Shown here: positions 27,595 through 36,064 of the stretch, in pieces
Numbering within the stretch: the first letter of the stretch is position 1
How the letters are laid out: every line of letters starts with the position of its first letter
Source of the DNA: Acidobacteriota bacterium
GTDB taxonomy: Bacteria > Acidobacteriota > Vicinamibacteria > Vicinamibacterales > UBA2999
Reading direction: 5' to 3'
DNA: 64,000 bases
Assembly (NCBI GenBank): GCA_021730945.1
Contig: JAKFYH010000005.1
Span: 73,014 to 137,013, forward strand
Translations under genes and position numbers: made by a program
Notes under the pieces: generated by a model
Seen by the model: the letters and a program-made list of their open reading frames with translations, nothing else
What the model was told of the DNA's origin: nothing
Databases searched by the model: none

Positions 27595-28416
27595 ATGCAG
27601 GCGACCGTGACCTTCCTTGGCAGTGGCACCTCGCATGGCGTGCCGATGATCGGCTGTACCTGCGCCGTGTGCCAGTCCCCCGACCCCCGCGATCGCCGAT
27701 CGCGTCCGTCGATCCACATCAAGGTGGACGGCGGGCCGTCGATCCTCGTCGATACCTCTACCGACTTGCGGCAGCAGGTGCTGGCCAACGGCATTGCCCG
27801 CGTCGATGCCATCCTGTTTACGCACAGCCACGCCGACCACGTCATGGGCCTGGACGATGTGCGGCGGTTCAACGTGATGCAGGGAGGGGCGATCCCGGCC
27901 TATGCGGACGAGCGGACGGCGGCCGACCTGAAGCGGACCTTCTCGTATATCTTCAGCCCGGCCAGCGAGAAGGGCGGCGGCATTCCCGAGATTGTCCTGA
28001 CAACCGTCACGGGTCGCTTTGCCATTGACGGTGTCGGCATCCAGCCGATTCCGCTGTTTCACGGCAGCCGGCCGATCCTGGGCTATCGCCTGGGCACCTT
28101 CGCCTATCTGACCGACTGCAATCGGCTGCCCGACGAAGCCTGGCCGCTGCTGGACGGACTCGACGTGCTGGTGCTCGATGCCCTGCGGCACAACCCGCAT
28201 CCGACCCACTTCACCGTGGCCGAGGCTCTCGGCGTGGTGGAACGGGTGAAGCCTCGCCACACCTACTTCACCCACATGTGCCACAAGCTGCCGCACGCCG
28301 AGACCAATGCCTCGCTGCCGCCTGGTGTGGAGCTGGCCTATGATGGCCTGGTGGTGACGATCGACGCCGGGGCGGCAGTCGCTGCGAATGATGGCCCGGA
28401 GGGCGGATGGACGTAA
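27595..28416 (+). CDS. MBL-fold metallo-hydrolase (PhnP/PqqB-like)
   Basis: VTFLGSGTSHGVPMIGCTCAVCQS...ILFTHSHADHVMGLDDVRRF. Confidence 0.8.
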   Translation: MQATVTFLGSGTSHGVPMIGCTCAVCQSPDPRDRRSRPSIHIKVDGGPSILVDTSTDLRQQVLANGIARVDAILFTHSHADHVMGLDDVRRFNVMQGGAIPAYADERTAADLKRTFSYIFSPASEKGGGIPEIVLTTVTGRFAIDGVGIQPIPLFHGSRPILGYRLGTFAYLTDCNRLPDEAWPLLDGLDVLVLDALRHNPHPTHFTVAEALGVVERVKPRHTYFTHMCHKLPHAETNASLPPGVELAYDGLVVTIDAGAAVAANDGPEGGWT

Positions 28417-29345
28417 TCCATTTTCCGGACGACCCCCGGCCGGCCACCTGGCGATCGCCGGTGCTGGCGCTCGGCAACTTCGACGGCTTGCATCGGGGGC
28501 ACGTGAAAATCGTCGAGCGCATCGGGCGCGGTGCGATTGAGCGCGGCGGCACCAGCGTGGTGCTGACCTTCGATCCCCATCCGCCACGGGTGCTTCGCCC
28601 CGACAAGGCGCCGGCGTTGCTCATGACCAAGGCCCAGAAGCTCGATGCCCTGGCGCGCGCTGGTGTGCAGGGCGCCGCGGTGGTGCGATTCACCGCCGAG
28701 ATGTCGCAGTGGCAACCCGAAGCGTTCGTGCGAACGGTGCTGGTGGAGTGGCTGCGCGTGGCCGAGGTGTGGGTGGGGGCCGACTTCCTGTTCGGCCGCA
28801 ACCGCAGCGGCAACTTCACGTTGCTCAAGTCGCTCGGCGCCCAGTATGGCTTTCGCGCCGAGAAGATTGATCCCATCCGCTACAAGGAGTTTGTCGTCTC
28901 GAGCACGCGCGTGCGCCGGCTGGTCGGCGAAGGGCGGGTGGATGAGGCCGGGGCACTACTGGGGCATCACTACGTGCTGGACGGCCTCGTCGTGGAAGGC
29001 GCCAAGCGTGGCCGCGAGTTGGGGTTTCCGACCGCCAACCTGCAGACCGAGAACGAACTGATTCCGCCCCATGGCGTCTACGCCACCGCGATGACGGTGG
29101 ATGGGGCGGTGTATCCCAGCGTCACCAACATCGGCCAACGCCCGACCTTTGGCGATCAGCTGGCCACCACCATCGAGGCGCACCTGATCGGCCAGACTCG
29201 CGACCTCTACGGCAAGACGGTGCGGCTGGCCCTGGTACAGCGGCTCAGGGATGAGCGCAAGTTTCCGGATCTCGAGGCGCTCCAGGACCAAATCGCGGCG
29301 GATGTTCGCCGCGCCACGCGATTGTTCGATAGACTATCGGTCTGA
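28407..29345 (+). CDS. ribF: Bifunctional riboflavin kinase / FAD synthetase
   Basis: ALGNFDGLHRGHVKIVERI..., C-terminal GFPTANL...GVYA...RPTF...IEAHLI. Confidence 0.9.
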   Translation: MDVIHFPDDPRPATWRSPVLALGNFDGLHRGHVKIVERIGRGAIERGGTSVVLTFDPHPPRVLRPDKAPALLMTKAQKLDALARAGVQGAAVVRFTAEMSQWQPEAFVRTVLVEWLRVAEVWVGADFLFGRNRSGNFTLLKSLGAQYGFRAEKIDPIRYKEFVVSSTRVRRLVGEGRVDEAGALLGHHYVLDGLVVEGAKRGRELGFPTANLQTENELIPPHGVYATAMTVDGAVYPSVTNIGQRPTFGDQLATTIEAHLIGQTRDLYGKTVRLALVQRLRDERKFPDLEALQDQIAADVRRATRLFDRLSV

Positions 29346-29350
29346 TTCGC

Positions 29351-29617
29351 ATGTCCCCCAAATCGTTCACCTTCAAACTCACCGTACCCCGCGATCCCGA
29401 AGTGGCCCCCATCGTCACCGACCTGGCCAGCCACGCCGTCGGCTATGCCGGGCTGCCGGCGGCGGCCGGGACCGCGTTGGTGGCCCAGGTCGCGGCGGCG
29501 GCGGCCGGCGTTCTGGCCACGACGGGTCCGCCCGTACTGATCGTGGTGACCAGCGACGAGACGACGCTGACCTTCGCGATTGACGGCGTGCCGGTGTCGA
29601 TGCCGCATTCGAACTAG
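29351..29617 (+). CDS. Hypothetical 88-aa protein
   Basis: An ATG-start ORF fills the ribF-cysS gap with high GC3. No family recognised. Confidence 0.45.
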   Translation: MSPKSFTFKLTVPRDPEVAPIVTDLASHAVGYAGLPAAAGTALVAQVAAAAAGVLATTGPPVLIVVTSDETTLTFAIDGVPVSMPHSN

Positions 29618-29623
29618 CCCATC

Positions 29624-31036
29624 ATGCGCCTGTACAACACCCTGACCCGCCAAGTGGAACCGTTCGCCCCGGTGCGTAACAACACCGTCCGCATGTACAC
29701 CTGCGGCCTCACGGTGTATGCCCGCGGCCACATCGGCAACTTCCGGACGTTCGTCGGGGTGGACGTGTTGCGCCGGGCCTTGAAGTACGTGGGCGGCTTC
29801 CAGATGCACCACGTCATGAACTTCACCGACGTGGACGACAAGACCATCACCGGCGCCGAGAAGGCGGGCCTGCCGCTGCGCGAGTACACCGACCAGTACA
29901 TCCAGGCCTTCCGCGAAGACGCGCTGGCGCTCGGGATCGAGCCCGTGGAGGACACCCCGCGCGCCACCGATCCTGAGAACCTGCAGGCGATGGCCGACAT
30001 GATTAAGCAACTCGGCGAGCACGGCCACACCTACCAGACCGACGGCTCGATCTACTTCAAGATTGCGACGCTGCCCACCTATGGCAAGTTGGCGCGGCTG
30101 GATCACGAGGGCATCCAGGCCGGTGCGCGGGTGGACTCGGACGAGTACGACAAGGAGAATGCCCGCGACTTCGTCTTGTGGAAGGCAACCAAGCCCGGCG
30201 AACCCACCTGGGATGTCGGCTGCGGGCCCGGCCGGCCCGGCTGGCACATCGAGTGTTCGGCGATGGCGCTGCGGCTGCTCGGCGAGTCGCCGATCGACAT
30301 CCACACTGGCGGCGTCGACCTGGTGTTCCCGCATCACGAGAACGAGATCGCCCAGAGCGAAGGCGCGACCGGCAAGGAGTTCTCGAAGTTCTGGTTCCAC
30401 ATCGAGCACCTGCTGGTGGACAACCAGAAGATGTCGAAGTCGGTGGGGAACGTCTACACCGTGCAGGACGTGCTCGATCGCGGGTTCCGCCTGTCGGCGT
30501 TGCGCTACATCCTGCTGTCGGCGTACTACCGCAAGCAGTTGAACTTCACCTGGGTCGGACTCGAGCAGGCTGAAGAGTCGCTGCGCCGCATCACCGACTT
30601 CCTGGGCCGCGTCGGCGGATTGTCGGGAGGCGTCGCGCATGTGGAGGTGGCGACCCGGGTGGCCGAGGCGGTGCAGCGGTTCGATGCCGCGCTGGCCGAT
30701 GACCTCAACACCGCGGCCGGACTCGGCGAGCTGTTCGACCTGATCCGCGCGCTCAATATCGCCATGGATGCCCGGCAGGTGGGCGAGGCCGACGCGCCCG
30801 GCATCCAGGCGGCGTTCGACCATTTCGACCAGGTGCTCGGCGTGCTGTCGCTGCGTCACGCCGAAGAGGCGACTCCGCCCATTCCCCAGGCCGAGATCGA
30901 CGCCGGGATCGAGGCCCGCCAGGACGCCCGGCGCCGCCGCGATTTTGCCGAGGCCGATCGGATTCGCCAGGAGTTGCTCGACAAAGGCGTCATTCTCGAG
31001 GACGGCCCGAAGGGAACACGATGGAAGCGCCGCTGA
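29624..31036 (+). CDS. cysS: Cysteine--tRNA ligase
   Basis: MRLYNTLTRQVEPF...YTCGLTVYARGHIGNFRTF (HIGH-type) and KMSKSVGN. Confidence 0.95.
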   Translation: MRLYNTLTRQVEPFAPVRNNTVRMYTCGLTVYARGHIGNFRTFVGVDVLRRALKYVGGFQMHHVMNFTDVDDKTITGAEKAGLPLREYTDQYIQAFREDALALGIEPVEDTPRATDPENLQAMADMIKQLGEHGHTYQTDGSIYFKIATLPTYGKLARLDHEGIQAGARVDSDEYDKENARDFVLWKATKPGEPTWDVGCGPGRPGWHIECSAMALRLLGESPIDIHTGGVDLVFPHHENEIAQSEGATGKEFSKFWFHIEHLLVDNQKMSKSVGNVYTVQDVLDRGFRLSALRYILLSAYYRKQLNFTWVGLEQAEESLRRITDFLGRVGGLSGGVAHVEVATRVAEAVQRFDAALADDLNTAAGLGELFDLIRALNIAMDARQVGEADAPGIQAAFDHFDQVLGVLSLRHAEEATPPIPQAEIDAGIEARQDARRRRDFAEADRIRQELLDKGVILEDGPKGTRWKRR

Positions 31037-32346
31037 TCCGTACGCCACTGCCGGGCCCCAGGGCCAAGGCCATCATTGAGCGCGACGCCTTGGTGGTGTC
31101 GACCTCCTACACCCGCGGCTATCCGTTCGTGATGGCGCGCGGATCCGGGGCCGCGGTCGAGGACGTGGACGGCAATGTGTTTCTCGACTGCGCGGCCGGC
31201 ATCGCGGTCAACTCCACCGGTCATTCCCATCCCGCCGTCGTCGCCGCCATTGTCGACCAGGCGCAGAAGTTCCTGCACATGTCGGGGACGGACTTTTTCT
31301 ATGAGCCGCAAGTGGCTCTTGGCGAAGCGTTCAACGAGATTGCGCCATTCTCCGGACCCAAGCGGTCGTTCTTCTCGAACTCGGGCACCGAGGCGATCGA
31401 GGCGGCGATCAAGCTGGCGCGCTATTCGACCAAGCGCTACGGGATGATTGCGTTTCTCGGCAGCTTTCACGGCCGCTCGCTGGGATCGCTGGCGCTCACC
31501 TCGAGCAAGGCCATCCAGCGCAAGGGATTCGGGCCGATGCAAGCGGGGACGTTTCATACGCCGTATGCGACCTGCTATCGGTGCCCGGTCGGCCTCAAGC
31601 CCGAGTCGTGCCAGGCCGAGTGCCTGGACTTTCTCGAACAGCAGGTGTTGGTACACCTGATTTCGCCTGACGAGGTCGCCGGCGTGGTGGTCGAGCCGAT
31701 CCAGGGCGAAGGCGGCTACGTCGTGCCGGCGCCGCAGTTTCACGAGCGCCTGCGCGCGCTGACCAGCAAGCACGGCATCCTGTTGATTGCCGACGAAGTG
31801 CAGTCGGGCATGGGCCGCACCGGCAAGATGTTCGGCATTGAGCATTTCGGCGTCGAGCCCGACATGGTGGCGGTGGCCAAGGGCGTGGCCTCGGGCATGC
31901 CACTGGGCGTGACCACTGCCAGCGCCGGCGTGATGAACTGGCCCCCGGGCACCCACGCCAGCACGTTCGGCGGCAACCCGGTGTCGTGCGCGGCGGCCCT
32001 GGCCACCATCACGCTGCTCAAGGATTCGTTGATGAAGAACGCCGCCGAGGTCGGTGCGTTCATGATGGATCGCCTGAAGGAACTGCAGCAGAAGCACGCC
32101 ATCATCGGCGATGTCCGCGGCCGCGGCCTGATGATCGGCATTGAGCTGGTCAAGGACCGTGTGACCAGGGAGCGGGCGGTGGTGGAGCGCGACCAGGTGG
32201 TCGACGCCTGCTTTGCGCGCGGCCTGCTGGTGCTGGGGGCAGGGAAGAACGCGATTCGCCTGTCGCCACCGCTGGTGCTGACCAAGGCCCAGGCCGCCAC
32301 GGCCGTCGAGATCATCGATCAGGCCCTGTCAACCATCGCCTCGTAG
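31021..32346 (+). CDS. Class-III PLP aminotransferase (GabT / acetylornithine aminotransferase-like)
   Basis: GIAVNSTGHSHPAVVAAI...NSGTEAIEAAIKLAR...LIADEVQSGMGRTGKMF...KGVASGMPLG. Confidence 0.9.
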   Translation: MEAPLIRTPLPGPRAKAIIERDALVVSTSYTRGYPFVMARGSGAAVEDVDGNVFLDCAAGIAVNSTGHSHPAVVAAIVDQAQKFLHMSGTDFFYEPQVALGEAFNEIAPFSGPKRSFFSNSGTEAIEAAIKLARYSTKRYGMIAFLGSFHGRSLGSLALTSSKAIQRKGFGPMQAGTFHTPYATCYRCPVGLKPESCQAECLDFLEQQVLVHLISPDEVAGVVVEPIQGEGGYVVPAPQFHERLRALTSKHGILLIADEVQSGMGRTGKMFGIEHFGVEPDMVAVAKGVASGMPLGVTTASAGVMNWPPGTHASTFGGNPVSCAAALATITLLKDSLMKNAAEVGAFMMDRLKELQQKHAIIGDVRGRGLMIGIELVKDRVTRERAVVERDQVVDACFARGLLVLGAGKNAIRLSPPLVLTKAQAATAVEIIDQALSTIAS

Positions 32347-32401
32347 GGCGCGCTCGTCGGGCGCGCGCCGATCAGGCACGGCCCTTGCTCCCGCCCCGCG
32401 C

Positions 32402-32770
32402 ATGACTTACGCACGTCAGCAACTGGGGCTGCGCGGCGAGGATTTCGCGCGGGTCGAGCTTGAGCGACTTGGGTATCGCATACTCGATAGGCGCTACCGT
32501 TCCCGTTTCGGCGAGATCGACCTCGTCGCGCGCGACGGCGGCACGGTAGTATTTGTGGAAGTGAAAACCAAGACCGACAGCACATTCGGCGATCCCGCCG
32601 AGATGGTCACCCGGCAGAAACAACGACGCCTGGTCTCGATGGCGGAGGAGTATGTGGCCGGCCATCACTTGCAGGCCATGCCGTGCCGCTTCGACGTGGT
32701 GGCGATTGACGCGTCGGTCGCGCCGCCTCGCATTACGGTCTATCGCGATGCCTTCAGGCCCGGATGGTAG
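32402..32770 (+). CDS. yraN: YraN-family (UPF0102) endonuclease-like protein
   Basis: GLRGEDFARVELERLGYRILDRRYRSRFGEIDLVARDGGTVVFVEVKT. Confidence 0.8.
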   Translation: MTYARQQLGLRGEDFARVELERLGYRILDRRYRSRFGEIDLVARDGGTVVFVEVKTKTDSTFGDPAEMVTRQKQRRLVSMAEEYVAGHHLQAMPCRFDVVAIDASVAPPRITVYRDAFRPGW

Positions 32771-33786
32771 AGACCGAGCTTAGGCGCGACCCGATCACCG
32801 GCCGATCGGTGTTGATCGACCTGACCGCCCAACCCCATCCCAACGATTTCCTGCTGGAGCCGGTTCGCCAGGACGATGAGCCGGCGGCGTGCCCGTTTTG
32901 CGAGGGCCGCGAGGGGAACGCGGGGCCGGAAGTGCTGGCCTGGCGCGAGCACAGTGCGGCCAACGCGCCCGGGTGGTCGGTGCGGGTGGTGCCGAACCGG
33001 CGGCCGATGCTGCGGATTGAGGGCAGCCAGGCGGGTCGCGTCGACGGCATCTACGAGTCGTGGGACGGGCTGGGCGCGCATGAAGTGGTGATCGAGACGC
33101 CGGTCCACGATCAGCCATTGCAGGACCTGCCGGCCGATCGGCTGTGGCGGGTGCTGTGGGCCTGGCGCACCCGGTTACAGGACCTGAAGCGCGATGCGCG
33201 GTTTGTCAGCGCGGTGGTGTTCAAGAACCACGGTCGCGCCGCCGGCGCCCGCCTGGACCATTCGCACTCGCAGCTTGCCGCCTATCCGATCGTGCCGTCG
33301 GTGTTGCACGAGAAGGTGCGGGGGGCGGAGGCGCACTTCGACCGTACCGGGCAGTGCGTCTTTTGCGCCATCACTGCGCAGGAATTGCTAGACGGCCGGC
33401 GAATGGTGTCAGACACCCTTCCAATAATTGCCATCACCCCGTTTGCCTCGCGCGTGCCGTTTGAGACCTGGGTCATGCCGCGGGTCCATGCGCCGCGGTT
33501 CGAGGAGGCGTCGGACGAGACGCTGACGGCCATGTCGGTCGTGCTCGGGGAGGTCATGGCCGGGATCGACTGGGCGCTGGAGCGGCCGGCCTACAATCTG
33601 GTGCTCCACACCGCTCCGTTTGGGGGTGGCGACGATCGCTGGTTCCATTGGCACCTGGAAGTGATTCCCCGGGTGACCCGCTGGAGCGGGCTCGAGTGGG
33701 GCAGTGGCATTCCTCGGAATCCGGTGTCGCCGGAAGAGGCGGCGCGGGTCTTGCGATCGGCTAACCCGCGTAGAGGCGGGCTTTAG
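32764..33786 (+). CDS. Galactose-1-phosphate uridylyltransferase family (HIT superfamily) protein
   Basis: CPFCEGRE zinc motif and the HSHSQL active-site histidine motif. Length 340 aa. Confidence 0.8.
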   Translation: MVETELRRDPITGRSVLIDLTAQPHPNDFLLEPVRQDDEPAACPFCEGREGNAGPEVLAWREHSAANAPGWSVRVVPNRRPMLRIEGSQAGRVDGIYESWDGLGAHEVVIETPVHDQPLQDLPADRLWRVLWAWRTRLQDLKRDARFVSAVVFKNHGRAAGARLDHSHSQLAAYPIVPSVLHEKVRGAEAHFDRTGQCVFCAITAQELLDGRRMVSDTLPIIAITPFASRVPFETWVMPRVHAPRFEEASDETLTAMSVVLGEVMAGIDWALERPAYNLVLHTAPFGGGDDRWFHWHLEVIPRVTRWSGLEWGSGIPRNPVSPEEAARVLRSANPRRGGL

Positions 33787-33808
33787 CCGGTTGGCGGGCC
33801 CAGAATGC

Positions 33809-33838
33809 TTGCCTGTCGCGCTACCCATCTGTTACAGT
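33809..33838 (+). promoter_or_regulatory. Putative tRNA promoter (-35 TTGCCT, 17/18-nt spacer, -10 TTACAG/TACAGT)
   Basis: Hexamers read from the sequence about 17 nt upstream of tRNA-Gly. Pattern match only. Confidence 0.4.
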
Positions 33839-33854
33839 GGGTTGTTCTCGGCGA

Positions 33855-33929
33855 GCGGGAATAACTCAGTGGTAGAGTGCGACCTTGCCAAGGTCGAAGT
33901 CGCGGGTTCGAATCCCGTTTCCCGCTCCA
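33855..33929 (+). tRNA. tRNA-Gly (anticodon GCC)
   Basis: Manual cloverleaf. Acceptor GCGGGAA/TTCCCGC, D stem ACTC/GAGT, anticodon stem CGACC/GGTCG with loop TTGCCAA, T arm GCGGG-TTCGAAT-CCCGT, encoded CCA. Confidence 0.9.
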
Positions 33930-33991
33930 ATTTTCGCTGTGGTTGCTGGCGAAAATTGTCCCGCCGAAGCTTGCGAAGCAAGCGAAGGCGG
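33929..33991 (+). other. Two-hairpin tRNA-Gly trailer
   Basis: Hairpin 1 is AATTTTCGC-(11 nt)-GCGAAAATT (33929-33957). Hairpin 2 is CCGCC-GAA-GCTTGC-GAA-GCAAGC-GAA-GGCGG (33961-33991). Confidence 0.6.
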
Positions 33992-34100
33992 ACCACAGCG
34001 CTTGGCAGGCGACCACGGACTAAAGACCCCCTAACGTCGAATGACCGCCCTCCAGTCGACCCCACGCCCCATTCTCAACTAGCATTAGCTGTTCCAAAGC

Positions 34101-34174
<74 letters not shown>

Positions 34175-34235
34175 CCCTTCGCTCTGTAGTGCGCGAAGGG
34201 TGCCCACCATAGCTCTCGAAGCGAGCGACGGTGGG
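34175..34235 (+). other. Two-hairpin tRNA-Cys trailer with the same architecture as the tRNA-Gly trailer
   Basis: Hairpin 1 is CCCTTCGC-(10 nt)-GCGAAGGG (34175-34200). Hairpin 2 is CCCACC-ATA-GCTCTC-GAA-GCGAGC-GAC-GGTGGG (34203-34235, one inner mismatch). Confidence 0.6.
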
Positions 34236-34251
34236 CGGCGGCGGACCTCTC

Positions 34252-35547
34252 TCACAAATCCAAACGGTGTGCGCTGGCGATCTGTCCAGCCATGTCACCA
34301 GCCAGCTTCGCCTTGGCGGCGAACTCCGGCCACCGCGTGACCGCGGCTCTCACCTCCTCGTACATCGCCTCCGCTCGTCCGCGCTTCAGGCCCGCGCTCT
34401 TCGCCACCGCCCTCACATCGTCCATCACCATGCCGTCGCGCTTGCCGTTGACGGTCATCTGGTGCGTGGCGGTCCAGTCGCCTGAGGGGTTGTAGCTGTA
34501 GGTCACGTCAAACGCCGGCGCCAGGCTCCACTGGCCGTCGCGGTCCATCAGGAAGGCGATGTTCTTCACATGATCGTCCTGGTTTCTGGCGACGATGTTG
34601 AACAGCATGCGGCGGAATTGTTGCTCGAGCGCGGCCATGGGCAGGTCGAGCTGGCGAATGGTCATGAGCGCCTGCTCGTACGAGTAAGCGCCCGGCTGGT
34701 TGTAGTCGAAATGCGCCATCGCGCCGAGCGATTGCATGTGCAGCTTGCCGCCGTCCGGCAGGCGGTCGAACCGCCGGGTCATGAAATGACGCCGGCCGTT
34801 CTCCTCGAGCAGCCGACATTCGCTCATGGTGATGCCGGCCGCGCGCGCCATCAGCGAGTAGGCGTACTCGATGACGCCGTAGCCCTTCGGGTCCTCCAGC
34901 TCCTTGTCCTTGTTGCCGGCGACGCCGTCGAACTTCAACAGCCAGTAGGTAAAACCAGGCCCGGCAGCGATCTGGCCCGACCGCACCTCGTTGGTCTTGC
35001 GATGCCACGCGATCACCGCCTTGGCCCGCGCGCCGCCCGCCGACGTCCCGACCTTGAGGATGTCGGCCAGCGCCTTGCGGCGGTTGACCGCCGATAAGCG
35101 GCCCTTGAGATTGCGCCGCTCACTGAGAATGTCGGAAGCCAGTTTCACCAGGGCGTCGATATCGATTCGGGACGCCGTGCGCGGCTTGGGTCCGAGCGCC
35201 GGCACAAACTCGAGCGCGCCCATGCCGCGGGCTCCGGTGTAGCAGAGACGTTCGATCGGGCTGAAGCTCTCTCGGGAACGGCCGGTGGTGGCCAGCCAGG
35301 CATCGATGAGAGCGTTACCGAAACGGTCGGGCAGCGAATCAACCAGCAGACCCGGCAGCCCGAGGAAGGTGCGACGGGGAAGGTCAGGAAACTCGTAGAT
35401 GCGGCGGGCGAGCGGCAACATCAACGGCGCGACCTGAATGCCGCTGCCGGCAAACTCCCCGGTGTACTCGAAGGCGGCGTGTCCGCGCGGGTCGGGCATG
35501 GAGACCGCGCCGATGGTGCGGCCCCACAGCCGTACTTCGGCGATCAC
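34252..35547 (-). CDS. hipA: Type II toxin HipA-family Ser/Thr kinase
   Basis: N-terminal EVRLWGRTIGAVS...FEY...APLMLPL...LPGLLVDSLPDRFGN, and C-terminal HFMTRRFDR...ARNQDDHVKNIAFLMD. GTG 35547 forms a GTGA overlap with the hipB stop. Confidence 0.9.
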   Translation of the reverse strand: MIAEVRLWGRTIGAVSMPDPRGHAAFEYTGEFAGSGIQVAPLMLPLARRIYEFPDLPRRTFLGLPGLLVDSLPDRFGNALIDAWLATTGRSRESFSPIERLCYTGARGMGALEFVPALGPKPRTASRIDIDALVKLASDILSERRNLKGRLSAVNRRKALADILKVGTSAGGARAKAVIAWHRKTNEVRSGQIAAGPGFTYWLLKFDGVAGNKDKELEDPKGYGVIEYAYSLMARAAGITMSECRLLEENGRRHFMTRRFDRLPDGGKLHMQSLGAMAHFDYNQPGAYSYEQALMTIRQLDLPMAALEQQFRRMLFNIVARNQDDHVKNIAFLMDRDGQWSLAPAFDVTYSYNPSGDWTATHQMTVNGKRDGMVMDDVRAVAKSAGLKRGRAEAMYEEVRAAVTRWPEFAAKAKLAGDMAGQIASAHRLDL

Positions 35548-35900
35548 GACTCATCCCCCCAGGTCCACTTGCGCGTGCGGCCCGCGGATGTCTCGCGAGC
35601 CGCCGAGGCCCGCTTGCGCTGGCGTCCCGCCAGGCGAAGCTGCTCTACGGGACTCGGCGCGGGCAGGGGAACCAGCGCATCGAGGCGGTCCATGAGCCCC
35701 AGGATCCGGCACACGCGCACCAGTCCCGACAGGCGCGCCGCGACCTCGCCCGACTCGAGCCGCTCGACGGTACGCTTCGACACGCCGGCCTCGTGAGCCA
35801 GTTGCGCCTGGGTCAGGTTACGGGCCAGGCGCAGGGCGGCCAGCCGGCCGCCGAGCTCCTTGAGAATCGCTTCATCCGAGAGTTGTTTGGTGAGCCACAT
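35544..35900 (-). CDS. hipB: HipB-like XRE-family HTH antitoxin
   Basis: LGGRLAALRLARNLTQAQLAHEAGVSKRTVERLESGE is an XRE HTH. Positioned immediately upstream of hipA and coupled to it. Confidence 0.8.
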   Translation of the reverse strand: MWLTKQLSDEAILKELGGRLAALRLARNLTQAQLAHEAGVSKRTVERLESGEVAARLSGLVRVCRILGLMDRLDALVPLPAPSPVEQLRLAGRQRKRASAARETSAGRTRKWTWGDES

Positions 35901-35903
35901 AAA

Positions 35904-35959
35904 TCGTCCTATATGACGAATTATACCTCAATAGTTGCTTAAGTCGTCATATAGGACGA
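35904..35959 (-). promoter_or_regulatory. hipBA promoter with twin 16-bp operators flanking a perfect TATAAT
   Basis: TCGTCCTATATGACGA (35904-35919) has its exact reverse complement TCGTCATATAGGACGA at 35944-35959. Each is a TCGTC-N6-GACGA palindrome. On the minus strand, TATAAT (35925-35920) sits between them. The proximal operator ends 3 nt before the hipB ATG. Confidence 0.6.
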
Positions 35960-36064
35960 GTAGAGAGGATCAGATGGCGTGATCCTGGATTTGGCCGCCA
36001 TATCCATGCGCTTGGCTCTTTGAATGCCACTTCGGCCCAAGATCTGCGAGGATTCGTCCCACAC

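Noticed and set aside
27568-28587. N-terminal extension of the 613-aa track ORF containing mazG
   Set aside because: It is antisense to the MBL-fold and ribF genes. MazG homology starts at MSEQAGERF (ATG 27567).
29207-31048. 613-aa ORF on the minus strand
   Set aside because: It is antisense to cysS and the 3' end of ribF and has no motifs. cysS carries HIGH and KMSKS signatures on the plus strand.
34175-36064. Genomic island or integrative element at tRNA-Cys carrying hipBA
   Set aside because: I found no integrase or recombinase gene, no direct repeat of the tRNA 3' end downstream of hipB, and no obvious GC drop in the hipBA coding sequence. I report it only as a TA module next to a tRNA.
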